From positions 3,079 through 67,078 of the forward strand of contig CAZPCC010000395.1 of assembly GCA_964584905.1 (NCBI GenBank): DNA of 64,000 bases, given 5' to 3'. A program made the position numbers and the translations under genes. Of this stretch, positions 10,342 to 19,900 are shown piece after piece (within the stretch, counting starts at the first letter, position 1; each line of letters starts with the position of its first letter). A model generated the notes under the pieces. The model was given only the letters and a program-made list of their open reading frames with translations, was not told the DNA's origin and ran no database searches. Origin of the DNA: an uncultured Gemmatimonadaceae bacterium (GTDB lineage: Bacteria > Gemmatimonadota > Gemmatimonadetes > Gemmatimonadales > Gemmatimonadaceae).

Positions 10342-11348
10342 GCGAGGCCGAGGCCGTCGGTTCGCCGGTCCGATTGGCGTTTCTGGGTTGCGGTGCCGTC
10401 ACTGCGTCGCACAGTCGCACGTTGCGCGCCTTTCGCAACCGCGTCAGCTGCCTGTACGCCAGTCGTCAGGCCGAACGCGCGCGCGAATTCAACGCCCGTT
10501 TCGGCGGGGCGGGATCGTTCGGTTCATATGAGGCCGCAATGTCGAGCCGCCAGGTGGACGCGGTCCTGGTGGCGACGCCTCCCGATTCCCACCTCTCGCT
10601 CACGATGGCCGCGCTCGCGGCGGGAAAGCACGTGATCGTCGAGAAGCCACCATTCCCCAGAGCGGCCGATGCCGCCGATGTAGCTCGTGAGGCGCGCGCT
10701 CGCAGTCGTCAGGTGCTGGTAGCGGAGAACTATTACTACAAGCCTCTGGCCGAGTCGCTGCGCCGTATAATCGGCTCGGGCCAGCTTGGCCGGATCCTGT
10801 TCCTGGACGTGAAAGCTCTCAAGATGCAGCACACCGGCGACTGGCGGGACGAGCCTTCCCGCGTGCTTGGCGGAGCGCTGTACGAAGGGGGCATACACTG
10901 GATCAACTTCATGGCCAACCTGGGGCTGACCCCGGAGCGCGTCGAGGCGTTCCGTCCTGGTACCGGCGCGGGACTCGAGCGCAGCCTGCTCATCACCATG
11001 CGATACACCGAAGGTGCGGTGGGCACGCTGGCGTTCTCCTGGGAAACACCGTCGCCATTGAAGGGAGTGCGCTTGTCGCGGATCTACGGATCGAACGGAT
11101 CGGTGGCGTTCGAGTCCAATGGACTGTTCGTCGCCCAGTTCGGTGCGCGTCGCCGCCTTACGTTTCCCGGCGTGCGCAAAATGTCGGGATCGCACGCGAT
11201 GTTCGACGATTTTCTTTCGGCGCTGGCGCAGGGACGTGCGCCGCGCTTCACACTCTCCGCCGCCCAGCGCGATCTCGAGCTGATCGAGGCCGCGTACCGC
11301 TCGGCGGGGATCACGTCCCATCCTACCACTCCGGAATCCACCGTATGA
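10338..11348 (+). CDS. Gfo/Idh/MocA family oxidoreductase
   Basis: The GTG at 10338 overlaps the upstream stop (GTGA). Rossmann-type VRLAFLGCGAVTASH and the HVIVEKPP motif are present. Confidence 0.8.
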   Translation: MSEAEAVGSPVRLAFLGCGAVTASHSRTLRAFRNRVSCLYASRQAERAREFNARFGGAGSFGSYEAAMSSRQVDAVLVATPPDSHLSLTMAALAAGKHVIVEKPPFPRAADAADVAREARARSRQVLVAENYYYKPLAESLRRIIGSGQLGRILFLDVKALKMQHTGDWRDEPSRVLGGALYEGGIHWINFMANLGLTPERVEAFRPGTGAGLERSLLITMRYTEGAVGTLAFSWETPSPLKGVRLSRIYGSNGSVAFESNGLFVAQFGARRRLTFPGVRKMSGSHAMFDDFLSALAQGRAPRFTLSAAQRDLELIEAAYRSAGITSHPTTPESTV

Positions 11349-12172
11349 ACGAGTTTTTGGGCCTCATTGTCGGGCTGCTCGCCGGCGCGCACACCGCTAC
11401 GTGGGGGATGTACAAGGATGCCGTGCACGAGGGATTCGATGCACGCTACTTCCGCAGCGTTCTGATTGGCGGAGTGGTCGCGGTGGGCCTCGTTTACGGT
11501 CTGAACATCGACATGAGCCGCGCGGCGAACTTCGTCATTCTGTTCGGCCTCGTGTACGTGCTCGAACGGGTGATCACCGAATTCTGGAAGACTTTCATTC
11601 GTGTGGAGGATCAGTCGAAATACTTCATCCCGATGCAGTTCACGGTCTTCGGAAAGGTGCAGAACCGCAAGACACAACTTCTGTCAGGCGCCGCCTGGCT
11701 GACTGTCGTGCTCCTTCTGATAACGGGGCTGGTATGGTTCCAGCGCCTGACGCCGGACCCTATACCGGGGTGGCTGGCGGTGGGAATTGCCGCCAGTCTT
11801 GGTGGCTGGATCGCGGCGGTAGGTGGTGCGTGGAAGGACGCACCATACGAGGGCTTCGAGTGGTTCAAGTTTTTCCGCAGCCCGTTCGTTGCTCTCTGCT
11901 ACGGTATCCTCATCGCACACTTTACCGACAGTCTGCTGATCATCGCGCTGGCCGGTGAGGGATTCACGGTGGCCACGCTCGAGACATACAAGACGTTCTT
12001 CTTTCCCAACAAGCCACGCGGAAAGTGGACGGGCAAGCCGATTCTCTATCCGGACATGCTGCGGCGGCGGCAGTATTTTCTGCCGCTTTACGTGGGTATC
12101 TGGGTAGCCATCGTGACGGCGTTCGTGATCGCGTTCCGTCAGCCGCACTCGGGGCTGGTGAACATCCTTTAG
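11345..12172 (+). CDS. Integral membrane protein of unknown function, last gene of the oxidoreductase operon
   Basis: ATGA overlap with the upstream gene. About 7-8 hydrophobic segments. Confidence 0.55.
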   Translation: MNEFLGLIVGLLAGAHTATWGMYKDAVHEGFDARYFRSVLIGGVVAVGLVYGLNIDMSRAANFVILFGLVYVLERVITEFWKTFIRVEDQSKYFIPMQFTVFGKVQNRKTQLLSGAAWLTVVLLLITGLVWFQRLTPDPIPGWLAVGIAASLGGWIAAVGGAWKDAPYEGFEWFKFFRSPFVALCYGILIAHFTDSLLIIALAGEGFTVATLETYKTFFFPNKPRGKWTGKPILYPDMLRRRQYFLPLYVGIWVAIVTAFVIAFRQPHSGLVNIL

Positions 12173-12621
12173 CCGGCGGCGAGCGCCTGGCGCAGAGCGG
12201 CGCGATTTACCGCTACTTCGCGCGCGAGTGCGCTTGCAGTCATCATGAGCATGTCGAGGGCGTACCTCAGCTCGGGAGTGAGCGCGGAACCAAGCGCCGT
12301 GGCAATTGCCGGAACGCCATCGTCCTCGGGGGCGCCGAGCGTGCGGTAGATGACGTGGCGGCGCCGTCTGGCTTCGCCAAGCGTGTGCAGCACGCGCTGC
12401 GTGGCGAATACGCTGTCGTCCATCGTCGCCAGGTCGTCGCGGGATGCTGCATCGCGCTGCTGGTGCATGATTGTAATGAGGTCGTTGAGCAGCCGCGTCT
12501 CCGAGAAGAAAGCGTCGCGCAGTGCCGATGCCGCGACAGGCGAGTGCGGATCGAGAGTTGGCATCGTGGTGACCACGCTCAGCGTGCCTGGCCCGGCCTG
12601 CCCATCCTGTTCTCCGGTCAC
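12169..12621 (-). CDS. FlgN-like protein (putative flagellar chaperone), translationally coupled to fliA
   Basis: GTGA overlap with the fliA stop. The sequence is helical with an FlgN-like pattern (LLNDLITIMHQQRDA..DDL..LGEARRRR..NRAAL). This assignment is weak. Confidence 0.35.
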   Translation of the reverse strand: MTGEQDGQAGPGTLSVVTTMPTLDPHSPVAASALRDAFFSETRLLNDLITIMHQQRDAASRDDLATMDDSVFATQRVLHTLGEARRRRHVIYRTLGAPEDDGVPAIATALGSALTPELRYALDMLMMTASALAREVAVNRAALRQALAAG

Positions 12622-13490
12622 GGGACGTCGGCGCGCAATGCGCCAAGTGTCGTACGCAGCCGCGAGAGTGCCTTGGTGCGGATCTGCGATGCGCGACTCT
12701 CGGTCAGGTCGAGTATGGCGGCTATCTCGTGCAGCTTGAGCTCCTCGAAGTAGTACAGTGACAGGACGATCCGCTCCTGCTTCTTCAGCTTGAGAATTGC
12801 GTCGCGCAGGACCGCCACTTCCTGCCCCAACGTTATCCGGTCCTCGATCGCCTCGTCGCTGCCATCGGTGATGAGGTCGGCCGGAGTCGGTGCGTACTCC
12901 TCGCCATCGCCCGCAGAGCGCTCGAGCGGAATATGGATGGCGCCCTCCACGTCCGCTTTCCAGCGCCAGAGAGTGTCGACGCCGACGCCGAGGTGGCTGG
13001 CCAGCGCGCGATCGTCAGGCATCTGGCCCAGCGTTCGCGTGAGTGCTTCTCTGGCCGCGCCCATGTCGCGGGACTTGCGGCGAATCGAGCGTGGAACGTG
13101 GTCGAGCCTTCGCAGCTCGTCGAGAATGCTCCCTCGAATACGCGGCACGGCGAAAGTGCTGAAAGCGAGCCCCCGTTTGACGTCGAAATGATCCAGGGCG
13201 CTCATCAGGCCCATCGCGCCGGCGCTCACGAGCTCATCGAAATCGGCCTGAGTGGCGAGCGTTTTTGAGAGCTGCCGCGCCACGTGGTGAACCAGGTTGA
13301 GGTGCTCGGCGAGCAGTGTCTCTCGCGCGGCGGCCTCACCGGCTGCGTGGCGCGTCCATAACGAAGCTTGTGTTCCCACGGAATCCTCCGGATCTTTGGC
13401 GGCGACGGAGGTTCGGCGCAGCGCAGCTTTCCAATGCCTGTGGAGGATGGGAAAGGCATGGCCCATGCCGAAGTAAGGCTGCTCGCGCAC
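12618..13490 (-). CDS. fliA: FliA/WhiG-family (sigma-28) RNA polymerase sigma factor
   Basis: Region 2 (DELVSAGAMGLMSALDHFDVKRGLAFSTFAVPRIRGSILDELR) and the region 4.2 helix-turn-helix (LKLHEIAAILDLTESRASQIRTKAL). The exact start is uncertain. Confidence 0.85.
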   Translation of the reverse strand: MREQPYFGMGHAFPILHRHWKAALRRTSVAAKDPEDSVGTQASLWTRHAAGEAAARETLLAEHLNLVHHVARQLSKTLATQADFDELVSAGAMGLMSALDHFDVKRGLAFSTFAVPRIRGSILDELRRLDHVPRSIRRKSRDMGAAREALTRTLGQMPDDRALASHLGVGVDTLWRWKADVEGAIHIPLERSAGDGEEYAPTPADLITDGSDEAIEDRITLGQEVAVLRDAILKLKKQERIVLSLYYFEELKLHEIAAILDLTESRASQIRTKALSRLRTTLGALRADVP

Positions 13491-13737
13491 TGAGCTAACT
13501 TCATGTCATACCACGATTTGGAGTTGCGCAGCGCCATGCTGGATGGCGGTCGATGGCGCCGGTCGGACGAAAGTGCCGGGAAGGACCAGGAAGGAATTGC
13601 CGATCCCCTCGAGGAAAGGATGCTGGGGGGTCCAATGCCACGTCCGATAATGGCCAGCCGCGCAGCCAGGCCCATGCTATTCTACCTGCACTCGGTTGTT
13701 GCTCGCGGCAGCGCTTTCACCCAATCCTGATCGTCAC

Positions 13738-14250
13738 ATGATGCGCTTCGATGTCATGCCATCGCCCGTCGGCGAGCTGATGCTCGTTGCTTCGGACACT
13801 CATCTCGCCGGGGTGCACTTCACGCCGCATCCTGACGGTGGGATAACCGGTGGGACGTGGGAACGAGCATCAGGCGGAACGGCTGCCGATGCGATTCTCA
13901 CCGAGGCTCGCGCTCAGCTCACCGACTATTTCTCCGGCGCCTCGACCCAATTCGATTTGCCGCTCGGCGCGCAGGGCACTCCATTCCAGACTCGAGTCTG
14001 GGAAGCGCTCCGTGCCATTCCCCACGGCCAGACAATCAGCTATGGCGAGCTGGCCCGGAGGCTCGGCGCTCCGAAAGCCATGCGAGCGGTCGGAGCGGCA
14101 AACGGGCGCAATCCAATTCCGATCATCGTACCCTGCCACCGTGTGATAGGCGCTCGCGGTGACCTGACAGGGTTCGGTGGTGGACTGGAGCGGAAACGCT
14201 GGCTCCTCGCGCACGAGGGAGGAGGAGTGGGTGAGTTGCTGGTAGGCTGA
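13738..14250 (+). CDS. ogt: Methylated-DNA--protein-cysteine methyltransferase
   Basis: Active site IPIIVPCHRVIG, plus FQTRVWEALRAIPHGQTISYGELA. I chose the internal ATG at 13738. Confidence 0.9.
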   Translation: MMRFDVMPSPVGELMLVASDTHLAGVHFTPHPDGGITGGTWERASGGTAADAILTEARAQLTDYFSGASTQFDLPLGAQGTPFQTRVWEALRAIPHGQTISYGELARRLGAPKAMRAVGAANGRNPIPIIVPCHRVIGARGDLTGFGGGLERKRWLLAHEGGGVGELLVG

Positions 14251-14328
14251 CGGATTCGAGAAGCGAGATGCGAGTTGCGAGAACGGCGGCGCATTGCCGT
14301 CCTCGCAACTCGCTTCTCTCATCTCGCT

Positions 14329-15300
14329 TCACAGGCTTCTTCCCGCCGGCATCAGGCTCTTGTTGATCGAAGCCGCGGCGACGGCGCCGTGGGCGGCAGC
14401 CACTATGCCAAGGTGCGGACCGGGCACGATGTCGCCTGCGGCGAACACGTTAGGAACCGAGGTGCGAAACGCATTGTCGACCTCGATCATGCCCTCGTGA
14501 TCGCGCCTGCACTCGATTTGTGCCGCCAGATCGTCGGCCGGGCCATGGCCGATCGAGAAGAAGATCCGGTCGCATTGCACTTCGCTTCCCCGCTCAAACT
14601 CGAGTGCCCGCACCGCACCAGCATCGTTATGCAGGCGCGTGATGCATTCGGTACGGACCGAAACGCCGAGCGCGGTGAGCTTTTCCTGATGCTCGCGCTC
14701 AATGCGCGCCGGGGCGCCGTTGGTGCAGATCGTGATGTCGTCACTCCAGGTCGCCAATGAGAACGCCATGCCGACCGCGCTTCTGCCCGACGCTATCACG
14801 GCGATGCGGCAGCCGCTGGCTTCGTATCCGTCGCAGTCAGGGCAGTGATGTACCGTGTCGCCGTAGCACCGCTCCAGCCCGGTGACGTCGGGCCACACGT
14901 CCTTGATCCCGAACGCCAACAGCAGACGCCGTGCGGTGATCTGGTAGGGCGCCGCACCGGAGCGTGTCTCGAGCTCGCGCGGAGTGGACTTTTCCACGAC
15001 CAGCGGACGTATCTCGAGCTGGAACTCCTCCTCGCCGACCCGGGAGATCCGCTCCACGTGTGCATCTACAAGCTTCGCTCCGAATCGGCGGGCCTCATCC
15101 CGGCCGGCCGCGCGAAGATCGGAGGGCAGCACATCGGGAAGGCCAAGATACCCGTGGATTCCGCGCGTTTCCCAATTGCGTGGATCGCCCGAGTCGAAAA
15201 GCACGACGCGGTGACGGAAGCGCCCGAGCCAGATGGCAGCACTCAGTCCCGCCGGTCCGCCGCCGACGATCGCCGCATCGTAGATGTCGTGTGAGCTCAT
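14329..15300 (-). CDS. Thioredoxin-reductase-like NAD(P)/FAD-dependent oxidoreductase
   Basis: YDAAIVGGGPAGLSAA, the redox CxxC in HHCPDCDGYE, and the C-terminal VFAAGD. The start is M32 of the tracked ORF. Confidence 0.8.
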   Translation of the reverse strand: MSSHDIYDAAIVGGGPAGLSAAIWLGRFRHRVVLFDSGDPRNWETRGIHGYLGLPDVLPSDLRAAGRDEARRFGAKLVDAHVERISRVGEEEFQLEIRPLVVEKSTPRELETRSGAAPYQITARRLLLAFGIKDVWPDVTGLERCYGDTVHHCPDCDGYEASGCRIAVIASGRSAVGMAFSLATWSDDITICTNGAPARIEREHQEKLTALGVSVRTECITRLHNDAGAVRALEFERGSEVQCDRIFFSIGHGPADDLAAQIECRRDHEGMIEVDNAFRTSVPNVFAAGDIVPGPHLGIVAAAHGAVAAASINKSLMPAGRSL

Positions 15301-15343
15301 GGCCGCGCCTTTTGCAAGAAGCGCGCGCCATGCTTCCGGCCGA

Positions 15344-16129
15344 CTACTTGATCGAGCCGGGGGGGAGGGAGTACAGCAGGCGCACCGTAGCACGGTCGGC
15401 CGCGGAAAGCTCGCGCACCCTTACGCGCGCCGTCATGATGTTGTTGGCGTCCGCCGTATGGTCGAGGCCGAGCAAGTGTCCGACTTCGTGGAGCGAGATG
15501 GCATAGATGGCGTTGCCGTCGAGCGGATCGCCGTAGTTATGATGGAGCGCCAGCGTGATGGTACCGCCCACGATCCACCACCGCTTGTCGCGTGACCATA
15601 GCGTCTTGCCACTTATTGCCGCATCGAACCGATCTACCCACCCGACATGAATGTCGGCATCGGTGGAATCGACCGCGAATGTGAATCGTATCGGGATCCC
15701 GTTCTGCTCCCACCCCACGAATGCATCTCGCACTCGATCCGCGTAGGAGTTTTTCCAGTCGGGGTACTGAGAGCCACGCGCCACCCAGACGCGTAACGGC
15801 TTTTCCACGCGGTCCGGCCATCGCACCAGTGCGGAGTCGCGCGATAGCAGAATCTCGTCGATATAGGTGCCATGCTCCGCCTCGCGAATTCGCGCACGCA
15901 CGGCATCGGGGCTTCTGGGAAGCGGATCCGCACTTTCATCCACGGAAACGCCTGCAGAAACGATGACGCCCGGCTCGACCCCCGAGCCCTTTCTCTTCGC
16001 CCTTTCGCTACGGGCGATGGGAGCGAGCTCCGCCGCCTGCGATACCGCCATCTGCCGGTGCGGACGCAACTCGCGCCAGCCGGCCACTATCGCGGCGGAA
16101 AGCATGAGCAGGAGTACGGGGAGACGCAT
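15344..16129 (-). CDS. Secreted matrixin-family zinc metalloprotease
   Basis: Signal peptide MRLPVLLLMLSAAIVAG and zinc motif HEVGHLLGLDH. Confidence 0.8.
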   Translation of the reverse strand: MRLPVLLLMLSAAIVAGWRELRPHRQMAVSQAAELAPIARSERAKRKGSGVEPGVIVSAGVSVDESADPLPRSPDAVRARIREAEHGTYIDEILLSRDSALVRWPDRVEKPLRVWVARGSQYPDWKNSYADRVRDAFVGWEQNGIPIRFTFAVDSTDADIHVGWVDRFDAAISGKTLWSRDKRWWIVGGTITLALHHNYGDPLDGNAIYAISLHEVGHLLGLDHTADANNIMTARVRVRELSAADRATVRLLYSLPPGSIK

Positions 16130-16472
16130 CGTGGAAAGTCTCGCCAGGAGGAGGGTGCGACTTGCGCTGCGGAGTACTGCGGATGAGGCCGGTGAACCCG
16201 TGACCGTCCGCCGGTCTATGATCTGACACGGTTGAGGCCGGTTACTGTTGCTGGTCTAGAAAGACGAGCGAGCTCAACGAAGGGAACGGGGCGGGGACTG
16301 CCCTTCAAGGAACAGATGACTGCTTGAGCGGCGATTGGGGGGCACAACGTACCCGCGCGCCCGAGCTCACTACATCATGTGATCCAGATCACCGGATTCA
16401 ACCCCGACTGCTGAGCCGGGTTCCAGCAAACCGGTCGGCAGGATCTTCTCGTACGTATCGGCGGCGGGATAC

Positions 16473-17702
16473 CTACCGGTCTCTCGATGCTCGTGCTAGA
16501 AGTTCGTCCATCACCCGCGTGCCGACTTCCACTGCATCGGTCTCCGCCACGTTCGACAGCACGACGACGGCCAGCTCAGCACTTGGCACGGTCACGAGCA
16601 TGGCTGCAAAGCCTGCGAAATTGCCCGAGTGCCAGACCCACGTCCGGCCGCTTCTCTGCGCCGTGTACCATCCGTACCCGTAGTGTTCGCTTGACGCGAC
16701 GCGTCCCGAGTCGCCTGTCGCCACCCGCGGCGCCTGCATGTCACGCAACGCACCAGGCGAGAGGATCTTTCCCCGCGAAAGGGCATTTTCCCACGCAATC
16801 AGATCATTCGCGCTGGCGAACAGTCCGCCAGCCCCGACCGTCGCGAAAACGAACGGGAAGATTTGGCCGCCGCCCAGATCCCGTCCCGCGACGTCGCTCA
16901 GTGAGAATCCGCTGTCGCTTCTGGAGTAGCCGATCGCACGCAGCGGTGGGGCGTGAGGCGGCTCCGCGGCTGTCGTAGCCGACGTCATTCCGGCTTTCGC
17001 GAACAGCTCCCGTTCCAGATAACTGCTTACCGCCATGCCGCTCGTGCTGGCGATCACCTCCGCTAACAGCACGTACCCCGAATTGCTATAGCCGAACCGC
17101 TTGCCGGGAGCGAAGGCCGGCGCGGGGTGCTCGCGCAACATGGCGAGCACTCCTTCGTTGGCGATCGAACGAAAGCGCGGCCAATCGATGAACTGGTAGT
17201 AGTCAGGTATGCCCGACGTGTGCGTGAGGAGCTGCGCTATGCTGACTCCCCCGTGCACGCCGAGTCGGGGCAGCACCGCTCCGAGAGTGTCGGTGTACCT
17301 GAGCCGGCCCTGCTCGATCAGTGACACGATCGCCGTCGCAGTGAAAGGCTTGGCTACCGAGCCAATGTAGAACGGCGTTTCGGAGGTGATCGGCTGCTTG
17401 GCGGACAGGTCGGTGACACCGTACCCAGCCCGGTGCACTATCGTTTGTCCGTGCCTGACGACGATGGCCGCACCGGGAGCGTCCGCCGCGAACTGAAGGC
17501 GCAGCAACGAGTCCAGGACGGCATCGCGAATCTCCGGCTGCTGAGCCGCACCTTCGCGCGGGTTGCCTGCCAGCAGCAGCGCCACCGCCGATGTCGTCGC
17601 CACCGTCACTCGGCAAATCGCCCCCATTCTTCCGATCATCTCGCCTGTCCACAGGTTCGCAGAGAATGTCTCGTCCTCCATTGACACCGCGACGATACGC
17701 AC
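16473..17702 (-). CDS. Serine hydrolase (beta-lactamase / class C-like family)
   Basis: SxxK motif in IGSVAKPFTA, followed by YSNSGY. An N-terminal signal-like segment is present. The start is uncertain. Confidence 0.8.
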   Translation of the reverse strand: MRIVAVSMEDETFSANLWTGEMIGRMGAICRVTVATTSAVALLLAGNPREGAAQQPEIRDAVLDSLLRLQFAADAPGAAIVVRHGQTIVHRAGYGVTDLSAKQPITSETPFYIGSVAKPFTATAIVSLIEQGRLRYTDTLGAVLPRLGVHGGVSIAQLLTHTSGIPDYYQFIDWPRFRSIANEGVLAMLREHPAPAFAPGKRFGYSNSGYVLLAEVIASTSGMAVSSYLERELFAKAGMTSATTAAEPPHAPPLRAIGYSRSDSGFSLSDVAGRDLGGGQIFPFVFATVGAGGLFASANDLIAWENALSRGKILSPGALRDMQAPRVATGDSGRVASSEHYGYGWYTAQRSGRTWVWHSGNFAGFAAMLVTVPSAELAVVVLSNVAETDAVEVGTRVMDELLARASRDR

Positions 17703-17888
17703 GGTTGTCGGCAGCCGGTGAAGCGGAAGTTAGGCGCGGCGACGCCATGCCACGCGGCCGCATGGTCAGTCGGTGGACATTCGTTGAGGCTCGCAACCTG
17801 TCGTGGATCGAACGAGGATCCTCGCCCACGCACGCTGACGCCCATTTCAGGGGCGGTCCACCATTTCTGAGCTCATTTCGGTATTGTG

Positions 17889-17905
17889 TATATCTGCCAG
17901 ATATA
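17889..17905. promoter_or_regulatory. Perfect 8-1-8 palindrome, candidate PadR operator
   Basis: TATATCTG c CAGATATA sits in an unusually AT-rich stretch 13 nt upstream of the padR-like ATG. Confidence 0.5.
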
Positions 17906-17917
17906 TATCTTCGTGAT

Positions 17918-18502
17918 ATGTCAGACGAACGCTTGGGCCGAGCAGAAGGCCGCGAGAGGGCCTCGCGGACCCGGTACGCGATTCTTGGATTGCTGGCTGC
18001 GGGACCGCGCTCCGGGTACGACATCCGGAAGGAAGTCGCGGAGCGCATCTCCCACTTCTGGAACGAGAGCCTCGGCCATCTATATCCGGTGCTCAACCGC
18101 ATGCTCGAGGCTGGGTTCGTTACGCGGACCTCGGAGCCGGGCAAGGGCCGGCCCCAGCGGCACGTGTACGCCATCACTGATGCGGGGCGGCAGCAGCTGG
18201 ACAGCTGGCTGCGCGAGCCGGTCGTACCAACACCTCCGAGGCTCGAGATACTGCTGAAGATTCACTTCGGGGCGCACACCAGGCCGGAGGTGCTGATTGG
18301 CCACATCGAGGCTTACAGAGCGCAGCGTTCGCGCCAGCTGGCGATGCTGGAGTCCGTGCACGCCATGCTTTCCGAGACGCAAGAACCGGAAGATTCGCGC
18401 TATCTCCAAATGACGGTCCGCGCGGGAGTGCTCGCCGCCCGGGCCGCACTGGCGTGGTGCGACGAAGTTCTCGCCGAACTACGAACCATGATCAGCGAAT
18501 AG
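17918..18502 (+). CDS. PadR-family transcriptional regulator
   Basis: YAILGLLAAGPRSGYDIRKEV..LYPVLNRMLEAGFV winged-helix signature. I chose the ATG at 17918. Confidence 0.85.
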   Translation: MSDERLGRAEGRERASRTRYAILGLLAAGPRSGYDIRKEVAERISHFWNESLGHLYPVLNRMLEAGFVTRTSEPGKGRPQRHVYAITDAGRQQLDSWLREPVVPTPPRLEILLKIHFGAHTRPEVLIGHIEAYRAQRSRQLAMLESVHAMLSETQEPEDSRYLQMTVRAGVLAARAALAWCDEVLAELRTMISE

Positions 18503-18510
18503 GTGGCGGA

Positions 18511-19656
18511 ATGAGCATCCGATCTTCAAGACGAATCGCCCGCAGCTTGCTTGCCGCGGCCGCCGTGAGCTGCGCCGTCGCTCTCCCCGCGTTAGGACAG
18601 CCCAGGGCAGCGGCTTCGGCACCGGTGCCCGACTCGACGCGGCTCGCGTCCACTCTGGATTCGATTCGGACGGCGATTGGCGCAACGGGAGCGTCCGCGG
18701 CCATCATATTCCCGGGCGGACAGACTTGGGTTGGCGTGAGCGGTGAGGCGTGGCCGGGAGCTCCGGTAACTGCGGCGACTGTGTTCGACGCCGGGAGCAT
18801 AACCAAGTCCTACACTGCCGCCCTGGTGCTGCGGCTCATCGATGAGGGAGTACTCGCACTGGACGATTCGCTCACGCGGTGGTTCCCCGGCGTCGCGGGG
18901 GCCGCTGGTGCAACGATCCACCAGCTGCTTCGGCAGACCAGCGGCCTCGCCGATTACGCCCGGCACCCGGATTTCCTGCCCGAGATCCGCTCGAAGATGG
19001 CCGCGCCCTGGCCGCCCGAGGAGAATCTGCGCTTCGTCGGTGAGCCGAGCTTCGCGTCAGGCGCGCGCTGGGAGTACTCGAACACGAACTACCTGTTGCT
19101 CGGCCTCATTGCCGCCCGGGAGGCGAAGCGCCCGTACTCCCGGTTGCTTCGCGAGTATGTACTCGATCCACTTCGTTTGACGAGAACGTTCGTCGCTGGC
19201 GAGGACACCGTGCCACAGCCCCGTGCGCACGCATTCCTGGACTTCACCGGCGACGGGATGCCTGACGATCTGTCGGCGGTGGTGCCGGATCCTGCCATCA
19301 CACGGGGTGCCGGAGGGGCGGGCGCGGTCGTGACTACCGCCACCGATGTCGCGACGTTTGCGCGCGCGTACTACACGGGCGCAATCGTGGCGGACGAGCT
19401 GCATTCGGCGAGCACGAACTGGATCGAGCGCGGCGATGGCTGGATGTACGGGTTCGGGATGATCGCCGCACCGCACGAAGGCGATCTTCTGTTAGGACAC
19501 CTCGGCAACACCGCCGGGCAGAGCGCCGGCGTGTGGCATGCTCGCACGGCCGGCGTCACGGTGGCCATTCTGAGCAACGTACACGGTGTACGCATGGCGG
19601 AACCGGTTCAGGCGCTACTGCGGCAAGCGCTGGTCTCGATGCGCGCTGGCGGTTGA
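18511..19656 (+). CDS. Secreted serine hydrolase (beta-lactamase family)
   Basis: SD aggtggcgga precedes the ATG at 18511. A signal peptide is present, the SxxK motif reads GSITKSYTA, and YSNTNY follows. Confidence 0.8.
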   Translation: MSIRSSRRIARSLLAAAAVSCAVALPALGQPRAAASAPVPDSTRLASTLDSIRTAIGATGASAAIIFPGGQTWVGVSGEAWPGAPVTAATVFDAGSITKSYTAALVLRLIDEGVLALDDSLTRWFPGVAGAAGATIHQLLRQTSGLADYARHPDFLPEIRSKMAAPWPPEENLRFVGEPSFASGARWEYSNTNYLLLGLIAAREAKRPYSRLLREYVLDPLRLTRTFVAGEDTVPQPRAHAFLDFTGDGMPDDLSAVVPDPAITRGAGGAGAVVTTATDVATFARAYYTGAIVADELHSASTNWIERGDGWMYGFGMIAAPHEGDLLLGHLGNTAGQSAGVWHARTAGVTVAILSNVHGVRMAEPVQALLRQALVSMRAGG

Positions 19657-19900
19657 CCGCGGGCGCGGAGCGCGCGCCGCCGCCGACTTTTGGGCGCGGG
19701 TGCTTGGTCCCCGGAATGGGGAATCAGCCCCTACTGCGCCATACCGGATTGCCGCCAAAGGCGGGTTTCCAGAGGATTCGCCGTGCAGCCTACCGAAGAT
19801 GGGCAGCTGGCTGACACCTGGAAAGGAGTGCGCCCGTACGGCTGGGGGTCCGTGGCCGCCACTGATTGCGTGGCATTTCTCCTGCCCTTTCCCCAGTCCA

